The notes under the pieces are model-generated. The model saw only the letters and a list, made by a program, of their open reading frames with translations, searched no databases and was not told the origin of the DNA. From the NCBI GenBank assembly GCA_016125375.1, contig WGLU01000007.1, positions 68,499-132,498 on the forward strand: DNA of 64,000 nt, in the 5' to 3' direction. This stretch comes from Pseudomonadota bacterium. GTDB lineage: Bacteria; Pseudomonadota; Alphaproteobacteria; UBA1280; RI-95. Positions 35,695-45,443 of this stretch are shown here, piece after piece (the first letter of the stretch is position 1; the number at the start of each line of letters is the position of its first letter). Both the position numbers and the translations under genes were made by a program.

Positions 35695-36244
35695 GGCGGT
35701 TGCTCTGTCGCTGGTTCTGGCTGCTACAGCAGCGTGTTCCGCCGCCGAGGACAAGGCCGCGGATAATGACGATCCGCGCGCTGTCTATGCAGCCAAATAT
35801 CAGGACAAGATCCTGCCAAACCTGAAGCTGGCCGATGTAAACGGTGATGCCGCCGATATGGTTGGTGCCGATTACGACGGTAAAAAGCCCCTTATTGTGA
35901 ACCTGTGGGCGACGTGGTGCACACCGTGCGTTAAAGAAATGCCCTCCCTGTACAAACTGCAACAGTCCGGTAAAGCCTATGTGGTTGCCGTGACAACCGA
36001 CCGTATGCAGGACCGGATTACGACCTTCCTGTCGGAGCATAATCTCAAGGATCTGAACGTCCGCTGGGACCGTGGCAGCAAAACCCTGCGCGAGGCCGGT
36101 TTTGCCGTGCCTGCGCTGCCGGTCACTTTTATCCTGACCCCGGCCAAAGACGGCGGATACATGGTCCGCAGTACGGAAATGGGCGAACGTGAGTGGGACC
36201 ATCCCACGATGTGGGAAAAAATCGTCAAAGTGACAGGGGAATAG
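35687..36244 (+). CDS. Thioredoxin-fold thiol-disulfide oxidoreductase lipoprotein (TlpA/ResA/DsbE family)
   Basis: WATWCTPC active site (WCxxC). Signal-and-lipobox MLRAVALSLVLAATAAC. The start overlaps the TetR stop by 8 nt. Confidence 0.75.
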   Translation: MLRAVALSLVLAATAACSAAEDKAADNDDPRAVYAAKYQDKILPNLKLADVNGDAADMVGADYDGKKPLIVNLWATWCTPCVKEMPSLYKLQQSGKAYVVAVTTDRMQDRITTFLSEHNLKDLNVRWDRGSKTLREAGFAVPALPVTFILTPAKDGGYMVRSTEMGEREWDHPTMWEKIVKVTGE

Positions 36245-36247
36245 CCG

Positions 36248-36829
36248 ATGCTTGACCTGAAAAGGCTGCGCGATACAGGCTGTGCCGTTGCCGACATGAC
36301 CATGTTGGGCAGCCGCTGGCCCGCGCTGCTGGGGCCTGCGCCACTGGCGCTGGCTCTGCTGGTACAGGTAGCGATGATGCTGGGTTCGGCAGCTTTGGTA
36401 CCTCCGTCGGACGCTACCAGCCCGTACCTGATTGCGGATACGGACTTTACGACCCGCCTGTTGTTGCAAGTGGTCGATTTTGCCGCCGTGGTGGTGTTTA
36501 TTATAATCTATGCAGCTTTCCGCGGCCGCCAGAAGGCCAATACACTGCTGGTCGGGCTGATTTATATCGGTATCCCGCTGGGCGTGCTGATGTCGGTCCT
36601 GTTCGGGGCCGAAATTGCTCTCACGCAGGCGGGGTTGGCTGATACGCTGCTGTATCCGCTGCAATTTGCCATTGGCGTTATCTCTCTGGTGCTGGTGGCG
36701 GGCGTCTTCCGCTCTGCCTTGCAGATGCGCGCGGGTAGGTCGCTCTTTATGGCGTTCCTGCTGATGGTCCTTATGTTGCTGGCTGATGGGGGCGTACAGC
36801 TCCTGCTGGCTGGCCAGATTAAGGTATAA
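36248..36829 (+). CDS. Integral membrane protein of unknown function (about 5 TM helices)
   Basis: The hydrophobic ORF starts 4 nt after the TlpA-like stop. No family recognised. Confidence 0.5.
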   Translation: MLDLKRLRDTGCAVADMTMLGSRWPALLGPAPLALALLVQVAMMLGSAALVPPSDATSPYLIADTDFTTRLLLQVVDFAAVVVFIIIYAAFRGRQKANTLLVGLIYIGIPLGVLMSVLFGAEIALTQAGLADTLLYPLQFAIGVISLVLVAGVFRSALQMRAGRSLFMAFLLMVLMLLADGGVQLLLAGQIKV

Positions 36830-36831
36830 AT

Positions 36832-37113
36832 ATGTTTATCTTCAAAATATTAGGGATGCTGGTAGCGCTTGGTTTTGTGCTGGGCATCCTGATGCTGTTT
36901 ACCCTGTTCTGGACGGCCAAACGAATGGCCGATACCATCCAGCAGGGGCCGCAAGGACCGCAAAACCCGCGTTCGCGCCGTCAAGCCGCTGACCCCGGCG
37001 CACTGGAGGCGCGTGAGTGCCCATACTGCGGAACCTATGTAGCGGTGAGCCCGACGCTGGACAGCAAGGGTGTGTGTGACCAGTGCCGCAAGCAGGTGCG
37101 TAAAGCAGGCTGA
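36832..37113 (+). CDS. Small membrane protein with C-terminal zinc-ribbon (CPYC...CDQC)
   Basis: N-terminal TM hairpin (MFIFKILGMLVALGFVLGILMLFTLFW). Four Cys arranged in two CxxC pairs. The start is 3 nt after the previous stop. Confidence 0.5.
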   Translation: MFIFKILGMLVALGFVLGILMLFTLFWTAKRMADTIQQGPQGPQNPRSRRQAADPGALEARECPYCGTYVAVSPTLDSKGVCDQCRKQVRKAG

Positions 37114-37160
37114 TGGATTGAAAGCGCCAGCAACGGCGCTTATATGCAACGGGATTACCC

Positions 37161-37589
37161 TTGTTCCGTTTTCTCTCAGGGAGTTCTTCCATGACAACCG
37201 ATACCTATGCCTTTGGCTCGGCCAGCGAGCTGGAGAGCCTTGCCGCACGTCTGAAGGCCCGCGTGGCCAAGTACGACCTGCCGTATCTGTTCCTGTCCGT
37301 TCTGCCCCGGTTCCGTCGGTTGCAGAGGGTGCGCGATGCCTATCTGAACCGCCAGCGTGCCGTCGAGGCGCTGCTGCGCGACATGAAGAGCAGCGGTCTG
37401 GAAGCCGGAGAGGTTTTCCGGGCCCGTGCCGCGGACTACGAGATGCGCCGCACCTGCGCGATGTTCACCACCGGTTCGGTGAGCGGTGACCGCAGGGCCG
37501 TCGACGAGCTGAAAGCCTACGCCGCGCGGCTGGAACAGACGCTGGACGTTTGCCGCATGCTGCGGCCCGGCTGGCTGATGCCAGCGTAA
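37161..37589 (+). CDS. Hypothetical protein (142 aa)
   Basis: Helical, Arg/Ala-rich ORF ending at a strong terminator. No family recognised. Confidence 0.4.
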   Translation: MFRFLSGSSSMTTDTYAFGSASELESLAARLKARVAKYDLPYLFLSVLPRFRRLQRVRDAYLNRQRAVEALLRDMKSSGLEAGEVFRARAADYEMRRTCAMFTTGSVSGDRRAVDELKAYAARLEQTLDVCRMLRPGWLMPA

Positions 37590-37595
37590 ATAACG

Positions 37596-37634
37596 AAAAA
37601 AGAGCAGGGCTTAGGTCCTGCTCTTTTGCTTTTG
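37596..37634. terminator. Bidirectional rho-independent terminator (AGAGCAGG-loop-CCTGCTCT with flanking A6 / T-run)
   Basis: Lies between the convergent 37161..37589 (+) and GlyRS (-) genes. The 8-bp stem is followed by TTTTGCTTTT. Confidence 0.7.
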
Positions 37635-37641
37635 TAGGGCC

Positions 37642-39018
37642 TTAGCGCGCCAGTTTTTCGCGCACGTAGGCAGGAAGGTCAGCTACGTTGATGCGCTCCT
37701 GCGCCATGGTGTCGCGGTCGCGCACGGTCACGCTCTCGGGGCTTTGTTCAAGGGTTTCAAAGTCCACGGTGATGCACAGCGGCGTACCCACCTCGTCGTG
37801 GCGGCGGTAGGCTTTGCCGACGTTGCCCGTGTTCTCGAACAGGATGCGCCCCAAGCCCAGCTTTTGCAGGGTGTTTTTGATTTCCTGCGCTTTGGCGACC
37901 AATTCCGGCTTGTTCTTGGCCAGCGGAATCACCGCCGCCTTGATGGGGGAAAGGTGGGCTTTGAGCTTGAGCACGATGCGGTCCTTGCCGTCGCCCAGAT
38001 CCTCGTGTGTATAGGCCTCGTTCAGGACGGCCAGAATACCGCGCTCGACCCCGGCTGATGGCTCGATGACGTAGGGGATGTACCATTTCTGGGTGTCGTC
38101 ATCCATCATCGCCATTTTGGTGGTGGAATCGCTGTTCTTATGCACTTTGGCGCTGATATTGAATTCGTCCTGCGCCTTGGTGTGGTTGCCGAGGTCGTAG
38201 TCGGTCCGGTTGGCGATGCCTTCGAGCTCGTCATGGCCATGCGGGTACTTGTAATGCAGGTCAAACGTGCGCTTGGAGTAGTGGGCCAGGTCGGCTTTGG
38301 CGACGTCTTCCACCTCAATCTTGTCGCGGGGGACGCCTTGTGCTTCCCACCATTTCAGACGCTCTTCCAGCCAGTATTCGTGCCATTTTTCGTCTTCGCC
38401 TGGTTTAACGAAGAACTCCAGCTCCATTTGCTCGAACTCGCGCACGCGGAAAACGAAGTTGCGCGCCACAATCTCGTTACGGAAGGCTTTACCCTGCTGG
38501 GCAATGCCGAAGGGGATTTTGCGGGCGGTACTGTCCACCACGTTTTTGAAGTTGGCGAAGATATGCTGCGCCGTTTCGGGGCGGAGGTAACCGACGTTAT
38601 CGTCGCTCGCCACGGGGCCGATGTGGGTTTTGAACATCAGGTTGAAGTCGCGGGCTTCGGTCAGGTTGGTGGAGCCGCACTTGTCGCACTTGCCGTCTTT
38701 GATGTGGTCGGCGCGCATGCGGTTTTTGCATTCTTTACAGTCCACCAGCGGGTCGGAGAAGGTATCCACGTGACCGGAGTAGGTGAACAACTTGCGGTGG
38801 CCGATGATGGCGCTATCAAGGCCTTCGATATCGTCACGTTCGTAAACCATGGCTTGCCACCAGGCATCCTTGAGGTTCTTTTTCAGTTCGACGCCGAGGG
38901 GGCCGAAGTCGTACATGCCTTTCAGGCCGCCGTAGATTTCGCTGCTCTGGAAGATAAAACCGCGCCGTTTACACAGCGATACCAATTCGTCCATCGACTT
39001 TGCAGGCATGAGAGGCAA
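37642..39018 (-). CDS. glyQS: Glycyl-tRNA synthetase, alpha2 homodimeric (eukaryote/archaeal-like class II) type
   Basis: A single 458-aa polypeptide with the class II core ([20 protein letters not shown], motif 2/3 region) and a C-terminal anticodon-binding domain. This is not the glyQ/glyS heterotetramer type. Confidence 0.85.
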   Translation of the reverse strand: MPLMPAKSMDELVSLCKRRGFIFQSSEIYGGLKGMYDFGPLGVELKKNLKDAWWQAMVYERDDIEGLDSAIIGHRKLFTYSGHVDTFSDPLVDCKECKNRMRADHIKDGKCDKCGSTNLTEARDFNLMFKTHIGPVASDDNVGYLRPETAQHIFANFKNVVDSTARKIPFGIAQQGKAFRNEIVARNFVFRVREFEQMELEFFVKPGEDEKWHEYWLEERLKWWEAQGVPRDKIEVEDVAKADLAHYSKRTFDLHYKYPHGHDELEGIANRTDYDLGNHTKAQDEFNISAKVHKNSDSTTKMAMMDDDTQKWYIPYVIEPSAGVERGILAVLNEAYTHEDLGDGKDRIVLKLKAHLSPIKAAVIPLAKNKPELVAKAQEIKNTLQKLGLGRILFENTGNVGKAYRRHDEVGTPLCITVDFETLEQSPESVTVRDRDTMAQERINVADLPAYVREKLAR

Positions 39019-39201
39019 TCCTTGACTGAAGTTAGTTGTTTGGTGCAGTGCGCAATGTACATGGAATAAATCAGCTTTTCAACCGCCCTTGCGTACGGGC
39101 GCGCGGCAGGGTATACATGAGGGATTAAACCTTGTGCTTTTTCCCGTTTCTTTTTCCTCCCTGATTCTTTTCCAGACCTTCCAGACAACAAGGGGTTTGG
39201 C

Positions 39202-40743
39202 ATGTCCAACCTGTTCAAGTTGCCGCCCAAGGTGCAGATCCGTGCCACGGGCTTTCCCTCGACCTTCCGCGACCTCGACATCTACAACACCCTCGATGGC
39301 CAGGATGCCCCGTCCGAAGTGACGGTGTTCTTTGCCAACAGCAAGGGCATCATGCCCAAGGGTGCCGAGGCCATCGGCGGTGCGCATCCGGCCGGTACGG
39401 CCGTCGACCGCCTCAACGCGTTCCTGACGCGCAACCGCTTCAACGCCGCCAAGGGCGAGATCATGATGTGGTCGAGCCAGCACGGCACGGCCATGATCGT
39501 GGGCGTGACCGACGGCAAGAAGACCGCGAACGACCTGCGTGCCCTGGGCACCAAGGTTGCCAAGGCCCTCAACGACAAGGGCTTCGTCTCCGCCACCATC
39601 ATCACCGAGAAGATGGGCCAGTGCGTCGGCGGCACCACGCGTGCGCTGACCTACGGCATCCAGACCGGTGTGTTCACCTACAGCCTCAAGTCCAAGGGCG
39701 ATGCCGAGCGCAAGCTCGCCGCGGTCGAGCTGGTTCCGTTCATGACCAGCAAGTGCTGCGACCTGGGCCAGGCCATCGGCGAGGCGAATGCCGCCGCCGA
39801 AGGCGCCAGCTTCATGCGCCAGCTCATCCTGATGCCGCCGAACATCCTCGGCACCAAGGAGCTGACTGCTGCGGCCCAGAGCCTGACCGACCTGAACAAG
39901 AAGCTCAGCGTCGACGTGCTGTTCGAGGACGAGCTCGAGCGCCTCGGCTTCGGTTCGCTGCTGGCCGTCGGCCGTGCCAGCGTGCAGAAGTCCTACGTGG
40001 TGGTGCTCCGCTACGAGGGCGACCCCGACGCGCCGTTGCAGGCGCTGGTCGGCAAGGGTCTCGTGTTCGACTCCGGCGGTATCAACATCAAGACCGACGG
40101 CGGCAAGGGCATGAAGGGCGACATGGGCGGCGCCGCGCTGGTGCTGGGTACCGTGTACGCCGCGGCTGCCAGCGACGCGAAGGTGAACCTCGTGGCCGTG
40201 ATCGGCTGCGTGGAGAACGCCATCGCCGGCAATGCCTACCGTCCGGACGACGTGCTCACCAGCCTGTCGGGCAAGACCATCGAGGTCACCAACACCGACG
40301 CCGAAGGGCGCCTGGTGCTGGCCGACTGCCTGACCTACGTGGAGCGCACGTTCAAGCCGGCGAGCATCACCAGCTTCGCCACGCTGACCGGTCACGCCGT
40401 GATTGCCTCGGGCAAGCGCGCGCCGATCTTCAGCAAGAACGACAAGCTGGCCGACGCCATGACCAAGGCGGCGGAGACCACCGGCGAGATGGTGCTGCGC
40501 TTCCCGCTCGACGAGTACCTCTGGGCCGAAATGTCCAGCCGCATCGCGGACATGATCAACTCCAGCGGTAACCGGATGAGCCCGGGCCATGTTACGGCCG
40601 CGCTCTTCCTGAACCAGTTCGTCGAGAAGACGCCTTACCTGCACGTCGACATCGCCGGCGCGTCGGACCTCTGGGGTCCGGACGGCGGCCAGTACGGTGT
40701 GCGCATGACGCTCCAGTTCCTCAAGGACCTGAGCAAAAAGTAA
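39202..40743 (+). CDS. pepA: Leucyl/cytosol aminopeptidase, M17 family
   Basis: M17 active-site signature NTDAEGRLVLADCL and metal-binding block VFDSGGINIKTDGGKGMKGDMGGAA. 513 aa. Strongly GC3-rich. Confidence 0.85.
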   Translation: MSNLFKLPPKVQIRATGFPSTFRDLDIYNTLDGQDAPSEVTVFFANSKGIMPKGAEAIGGAHPAGTAVDRLNAFLTRNRFNAAKGEIMMWSSQHGTAMIVGVTDGKKTANDLRALGTKVAKALNDKGFVSATIITEKMGQCVGGTTRALTYGIQTGVFTYSLKSKGDAERKLAAVELVPFMTSKCCDLGQAIGEANAAAEGASFMRQLILMPPNILGTKELTAAAQSLTDLNKKLSVDVLFEDELERLGFGSLLAVGRASVQKSYVVVLRYEGDPDAPLQALVGKGLVFDSGGINIKTDGGKGMKGDMGGAALVLGTVYAAAASDAKVNLVAVIGCVENAIAGNAYRPDDVLTSLSGKTIEVTNTDAEGRLVLADCLTYVERTFKPASITSFATLTGHAVIASGKRAPIFSKNDKLADAMTKAAETTGEMVLRFPLDEYLWAEMSSRIADMINSSGNRMSPGHVTAALFLNQFVEKTPYLHVDIAGASDLWGPDGGQYGVRMTLQFLKDLSKK

Positions 40744-40748
40744 CGATT

Positions 40749-40784
40749 GAAGCAGCCCGTGGGAAACCACGGGCTGCTTTTTTA
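40749..40784 (+). terminator. Rho-independent terminator (GAAGCAGCCCGTGG-GAAA-CCACGGGCTGCTT + T-run)
   Basis: A 12-bp stem 6 nt after the pepA stop, then T5. Confidence 0.8.
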
Positions 40785-40929
40785 TGTTGCCATGCAATAA
40801 GTTTTTTCTTGCTTTTATGCGGTGTTTTTGATAGTCCCACGTCCGAAACCTTACGAAATCTGAAACTTTTTCTGCCTGTCACGGCTATTAACCTTTATTC
40901 CAGACCCCATCTACAAGAGGGTTGCATCT

Positions 40930-41511
40930 ATGCAAAACTCCACCTTCAGCCGGTTGCTCTGGCTGTTCTATCTGCCCCTGATCGCCCCCATGAGCGCTTT
41001 CCCGCTCGCGGGTATCATTGGCTTCTGGCCCACGACTGCCCTGTTGAGCGGTATTCTGCTCATCGGTGTGGCCGCCCTCGTGCTCGGCTACAGCAACAAG
41101 ACGGCCCAGCCGTCGTCTGACCAGTTGCGCCGCTCCGGTGCCGTGTTCACGCTGATTGCCGGCGCCGGTTTTGCGGCTGCTGCCGGTTACAACGTCGTGA
41201 CGACGTTGCCGTTCACGGGCACAAGCCTGTTGCTGGCATTGCTGTGCGTTGCGGCTTATAGCCTGTTCGTGTCGCTGGCCATCAGCCTGCCGGCCATCGA
41301 CCGGGAACGAAACACTCCCAAGCAGGACCCTGTGGCCAAGCCCAAGGTGGCAACCATCGTGCTTACCCCCGATGGCAAGCCGCAGGTGATTGTGACCCGC
41401 ATGAAGCGCGGTATGCCGCCGCAGCTGCCCAACACGGGCGGCAACGGTGGTGCTGTCCCCGCGCCCAAGCCGGCACCCAAATCGGATAACGGCTCCGGCA
41501 CCTCTGCCTGA
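40930..41511 (+). CDS. Hypothetical membrane protein with Pro/Gly-rich C-terminal tail
   Basis: Four predicted TM helices followed by a low-complexity PKPAPK tail. GC3-rich. Has its own terminator. Confidence 0.5.
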   Translation: MQNSTFSRLLWLFYLPLIAPMSAFPLAGIIGFWPTTALLSGILLIGVAALVLGYSNKTAQPSSDQLRRSGAVFTLIAGAGFAAAAGYNVVTTLPFTGTSLLLALLCVAAYSLFVSLAISLPAIDRERNTPKQDPVAKPKVATIVLTPDGKPQVIVTRMKRGMPPQLPNTGGNGGAVPAPKPAPKSDNGSGTSA

Positions 41512-41520
41512 GCCAGCGTC

Positions 41521-41546
41521 AAAGCCCTCCTCTGGAGGGCTTTTTC
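41521..41546 (+). terminator. Rho-independent terminator (AAGCCCTCC-TCT-GGAGGGCTT + T5)
   Basis: A 9-bp stem 10 nt after the stop at 41511. Confidence 0.75.
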
Positions 41547-41657
41547 GTTTGCTTTCAGAGGGTTGTTCGCACCTGCAAAGAAGTGGTTTTTTTAAGCCCT
41601 AATCTGGCGTATGATGACCGCCTAAACCGTACAAGAAAAGCGTGAAGAGGATACACC

Positions 41658-44348
41658 ATGAAGAAGTGGGTCTACAGCTTTCAACCGGGCCAAGCCGAAG
41701 GCGGCGCCGCTGATAAAAACCTGCTGGGCGGCAAAGGTGCCAACCTGGCAGAAATGTGCGCCCTGAGCCTGCCCGTACCTGCCGGATTCACCATCTCGAC
41801 CGATATTTGCACCTACTTCTACGACAATAACAAAACCTATCCCGCCGATCTGGAAGACCAAGTAACCGCCGCCATGAAAAAGGTAGAGGCCGTGATGGGC
41901 CGCACCTTTGGCGATGCGGGCAACCCTCTGTTGGTTTCCGTCCGCTCCGGTGCGCCGATCTCCATGCCCGGGATGATGGACACTGTCCTCAACCTCGGCT
42001 TGAACGACACCACCGTGCAAGGGATTGTTAAACAATCCGGCGATGCACGCTTTGCGTATGATTCCTACCGCCGTTTCATCCAGATGTATGCCGACGTGGT
42101 GATGAACGTACCGCACCATATGTTCGAGGACCTCATCCGCCAGCACAAAAGCTACAAAGGCGTGAGCGACGACACCGACCTGACAGCCGATGACTGGCAG
42201 CGTCTTGTTGGCCAGTTCAAAGACCTCGTCCGCCGCGAGAGCGGGCAGGCGTTCCCCGAGCAGCCCCATGACCAGCTCTGGGGTGCTGTCGGCGCCGTGT
42301 TCAAATCCTGGAACAGCCAGCGCGCCATTACCTACCGCCGCCTGAACGATATTTCCGCCACACTGGGCACGGCTGTGAACGTGCAGGCAATGGTGTTCGG
42401 TAACATGGGGAATGACTCCGCTACCGGCGTGACCTTTACCCGTAACCCGTCCACCGGCGAGAACGTGATTTACGGCGAGTTCCTGGTCAATGCGCAGGGC
42501 GAAGACCTTGTGGCCGGCATCCGTAATCCGGTTGACATCACCAAATCCATCGGTGGCGACGCCAGCATGGAAAACCGCATGCCCGGGCTGTTCAAACAGC
42601 TGAAAGACGTTTCCACGCAGCTCGAAACCCACTACCGCGACATGCAGGACATCGAGTTCACTATCGAGCAGGGTAACCTATGGCTGCTGCAAACCCGTGG
42701 CGGCAAGCGCACAGGCCGTGCAGCGCTTAAAATTGCGGTTGATATGTCCGCCGAGGGCCTTATCAGCCACGAAGATGCCATCCTTAAGGTTGACCCGCGC
42801 GCGCTGGACCAGCTCCTGCACCCGGCTATCGACCCTAACGCTCATTACGACGTGTTGACCAAAGGTCTGCCTGCATCGCCGGGCGCTGCCAGCGGCAAAA
42901 TCGTCTTTACCGCTGATGACGCCGAGAAGATGGGCAAGGCCGGCGAGAAGGTGATTCTGGTGCGGGATGAAACCTCGCCGGAAGATATTCACGGCATGCA
43001 CGCCGCCAAAGCCATTCTGACCGCCCGTGGTGGCATGACCAGCCACGCGGCTGTGGTTGCCCGCGGTATGGGTCGTCCATGCGTTTGCGGTACCACCACC
43101 GTGCACATTGACGAACATGCCGGTACCATGACGGTTGGCGGTACGGTGCTCAAGGCCGGTGACATCATTACGCTGGACGGCACCAACGGCCACATCATTG
43201 TCGGCGAAGTGCCGATGGTTGAGCCAAGCCTGACCGGCGAGTTTGCCCGCCTGATGCAATGGGCGGACGATGTGCGCACCATGGGCGTGCGCGCTAACGC
43301 CGATACCCCTAAAGATGCCGAAACCGCCCGCCGTTTTGGCGCGGAGGGCATCGGTCTGTGCCGCACCGAGCATATGTTCTTTGAGCCGGGGCGCATCAAT
43401 GTGGTCCGTCAGATGATTCTGGCGGAGGATATTGAAGCCCGTCAGGACGCGCTGGACAAGCTGCTGCCGATGCAACGCAGCGACTTTGAAGGGCTGTTCC
43501 GCACCATGGCAGGCCTGCCGGTAACCATCCGCCTTCTGGACCCGCCGCTGCACGAGTTCCTGCCCCATGCCGAGGCTGAAATTGCCGAAGTTGCCAGCAT
43601 GGCCGGGACCACGCCGGAACGTCTGAAAACCCGCATGCACCAGATGCGCGAAGTGAACCCCATGCTGGGTCACCGCGGGTGCCGTCTGGGCATCAGCCAT
43701 CCAGAAATCTACGACATGCAGGCCCGCGCCATTATTGAAGCGGCGCTGAACGTGCTGAAGACCGAAGGTGCCGCACCGCAGGTGGAGATTATGGTGCCGC
43801 TGGTCGGTGGTGTGAAGGAGCTGGCCTGGCTGCGCAGCCGTATTGATGCGGTAGCGCAGGAGCTGATTACCGCTGCCGGTGCCAAGCTGGACTACACCGT
43901 GGGCACCATGATCGAGTTGCCCCGCGCGTGTATCACAGCGGACACCATTGCCGAGCAGGCTGACTTCTTCAGCTTTGGCACCAACGACCTGACCCAGACA
44001 ACCATGGGCATCAGCCGCGACGACAGCGGCAGCTTCCTGGGGGCGTACCTGGGTGCCGGTATTTTTGAGCGTGACCCGTTCGAGAGTATCGACGTGGACG
44101 GCGTTGGCGCGCTGGTGGAAATGGGCATTACCAAAGGCCGCACCACCAAGCCGGGTCTGAAAACCGGCATCTGTGGCGAGCATGGTGGTGACCCTGCGTC
44201 CATCCGCTTCTGCCGCAGCGTTGGGCTGACGTATGTGAGCTGCTCGCCGTTCCGCGTGCCGGTGGCGCGCCTGGCTGCCGCACAGGCCGAGATTTGGGAA
44301 GCGAAAAAGGCTTCTGCTGCGCCTGCCAAGCTCAAAGCAGCATCCTAA
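41658..44348 (+). CDS. ppdK: Pyruvate, phosphate dikinase
   Basis: 896 aa. N-terminal ATP-grasp region (GGKGANLAEM). Central phosphohistidine domain (GGMTSHAAVVARGMG). C-terminal PEP-utilising TIM barrel (CGEHGGDP). Confidence 0.95.
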   Translation: MKKWVYSFQPGQAEGGAADKNLLGGKGANLAEMCALSLPVPAGFTISTDICTYFYDNNKTYPADLEDQVTAAMKKVEAVMGRTFGDAGNPLLVSVRSGAPISMPGMMDTVLNLGLNDTTVQGIVKQSGDARFAYDSYRRFIQMYADVVMNVPHHMFEDLIRQHKSYKGVSDDTDLTADDWQRLVGQFKDLVRRESGQAFPEQPHDQLWGAVGAVFKSWNSQRAITYRRLNDISATLGTAVNVQAMVFGNMGNDSATGVTFTRNPSTGENVIYGEFLVNAQGEDLVAGIRNPVDITKSIGGDASMENRMPGLFKQLKDVSTQLETHYRDMQDIEFTIEQGNLWLLQTRGGKRTGRAALKIAVDMSAEGLISHEDAILKVDPRALDQLLHPAIDPNAHYDVLTKGLPASPGAASGKIVFTADDAEKMGKAGEKVILVRDETSPEDIHGMHAAKAILTARGGMTSHAAVVARGMGRPCVCGTTTVHIDEHAGTMTVGGTVLKAGDIITLDGTNGHIIVGEVPMVEPSLTGEFARLMQWADDVRTMGVRANADTPKDAETARRFGAEGIGLCRTEHMFFEPGRINVVRQMILAEDIEARQDALDKLLPMQRSDFEGLFRTMAGLPVTIRLLDPPLHEFLPHAEAEIAEVASMAGTTPERLKTRMHQMREVNPMLGHRGCRLGISHPEIYDMQARAIIEAALNVLKTEGAAPQVEIMVPLVGGVKELAWLRSRIDAVAQELITAAGAKLDYTVGTMIELPRACITADTIAEQADFFSFGTNDLTQTTMGISRDDSGSFLGAYLGAGIFERDPFESIDVDGVGALVEMGITKGRTTKPGLKTGICGEHGGDPASIRFCRSVGLTYVSCSPFRVPVARLAAAQAEIWEAKKASAAPAKLKAAS

Positions 44349-44361
44349 AACATACAAAACC

Positions 44362-44388
44362 AAGGCGGCCTTCGGGCCGCCTTTTTTA
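44362..44388 (+). terminator. Rho-independent terminator (AAGGCGGCC-TTCG-GGCCGCCTT + T6)
   Basis: A 9-bp GC stem 14 nt after the ppdK stop. Confidence 0.8.
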
Positions 44389-44401
44389 TAGGGTCACACG
44401 C

Positions 44402-45271
44402 TCAGGCGTTATCATCTGCCGCTGAGGGCGGGTAGGTATAGGTGGCCCAGTCGGGCTTGCGCGCGGTAAGTTGCATGTTGCCCGCCAGAAGGGGCTCGCC
44501 TTTGGCGACCTCGGACAGGCGCAAAATAGCAATGCCGTGGCCATCTGCCGTGGTGCTGTAGAGGGTGCCGATTTCCAGTCCGCCGCGCATGACGGGGGTG
44601 CCGAGAGGCGGGGCGATGCCGTTAAATGTCACCTGCATCAGGCGCTTTTTCGGCTGGGTGCGGAAGTGGGTGCGGGCGGTGAGTTCCTGCCCCACATAGC
44701 AGCCTTTTTTGTAGTCGATGCCGTGCAGGTCGGCGAGGCACATCTCGTTGAGGATGGTCTTACCGGGGGAGGCGTCCATCTGGCCGTCCGGTACGCCGAG
44801 CCGGATGCGGTGGGCGTGATAGTCCGTCAGTGTAGCATTTGTTGCAGGCTGCGGCGCATTTACGGGTACTACGGCGCGCAAACCGAGAGCATTCAAGCGC
44901 GGGTCGGCGTATATTTTTCCGTTTGTGATAGTTTTTTTGTCTACATCGTCGCCTATTATTGCGTATATGGAATAATCCCCACTCATATCATCGTATTCAA
45001 CCTTGTTTTGGACCTGATAGCTGTGCAGGGCTTTCGCAAGTGGCATCAGCTGGTCACGGGCAACGTCCAGCAGAAGATGGGTGGGGGTCTCGATGATGAA
45101 AAAGTCGTACAGGAAGCGCCCCTGACCTGTCAGATGTGCAGCGTAAAGAGGCTGGTCCGGCTTGAGCTGGCTCAGCGAGTTGGTGACCATCGTCTGCAGG
45201 AATGTTTTGGCATCCGGTCCGGAAAGGCCAAGCAGTCCACGATCACTCAGGTGCACAATACTGGTGGGCAT
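44402..45271 (-). CDS. ygfZ: YgfZ/CAF17 folate-binding Fe-S cluster repair protein (aminomethyltransferase-like)
   Basis: The KGCYVGQE motif near the C-terminus is diagnostic. GcvT-like N-terminal domain. Start at MPTSIVHLSDRGLLGLSG (45271). Confidence 0.75.
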   Translation of the reverse strand: MPTSIVHLSDRGLLGLSGPDAKTFLQTMVTNSLSQLKPDQPLYAAHLTGQGRFLYDFFIIETPTHLLLDVARDQLMPLAKALHSYQVQNKVEYDDMSGDYSIYAIIGDDVDKKTITNGKIYADPRLNALGLRAVVPVNAPQPATNATLTDYHAHRIRLGVPDGQMDASPGKTILNEMCLADLHGIDYKKGCYVGQELTARTHFRTQPKKRLMQVTFNGIAPPLGTPVMRGGLEIGTLYSTTADGHGIAILRLSEVAKGEPLLAGNMQLTARKPDWATYTYPPSAADDNA

Positions 45272-45443
45272 TTGTTGCTTTGCATCCTTCAAAATAGGCT
45301 GTCTGACCGTTATAAACCGAATTAAACCGGAATAAAATACGAAAGAAATTAGGTGATTACCCACCCGTACACTATGGTATGGTCATGGAGCGGATGCTGC
45401 GGTATGATGCCGCCCCGAGAAAGAACAGCAACAACACAGAGAG

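Noticed and set aside
39079-40797. 572-aa antisense ORF opposite pepA
   Set aside because: It is an artefact of GC3-rich coding DNA. The translation is Gly/Ala/Arg/His-rich with no motifs.
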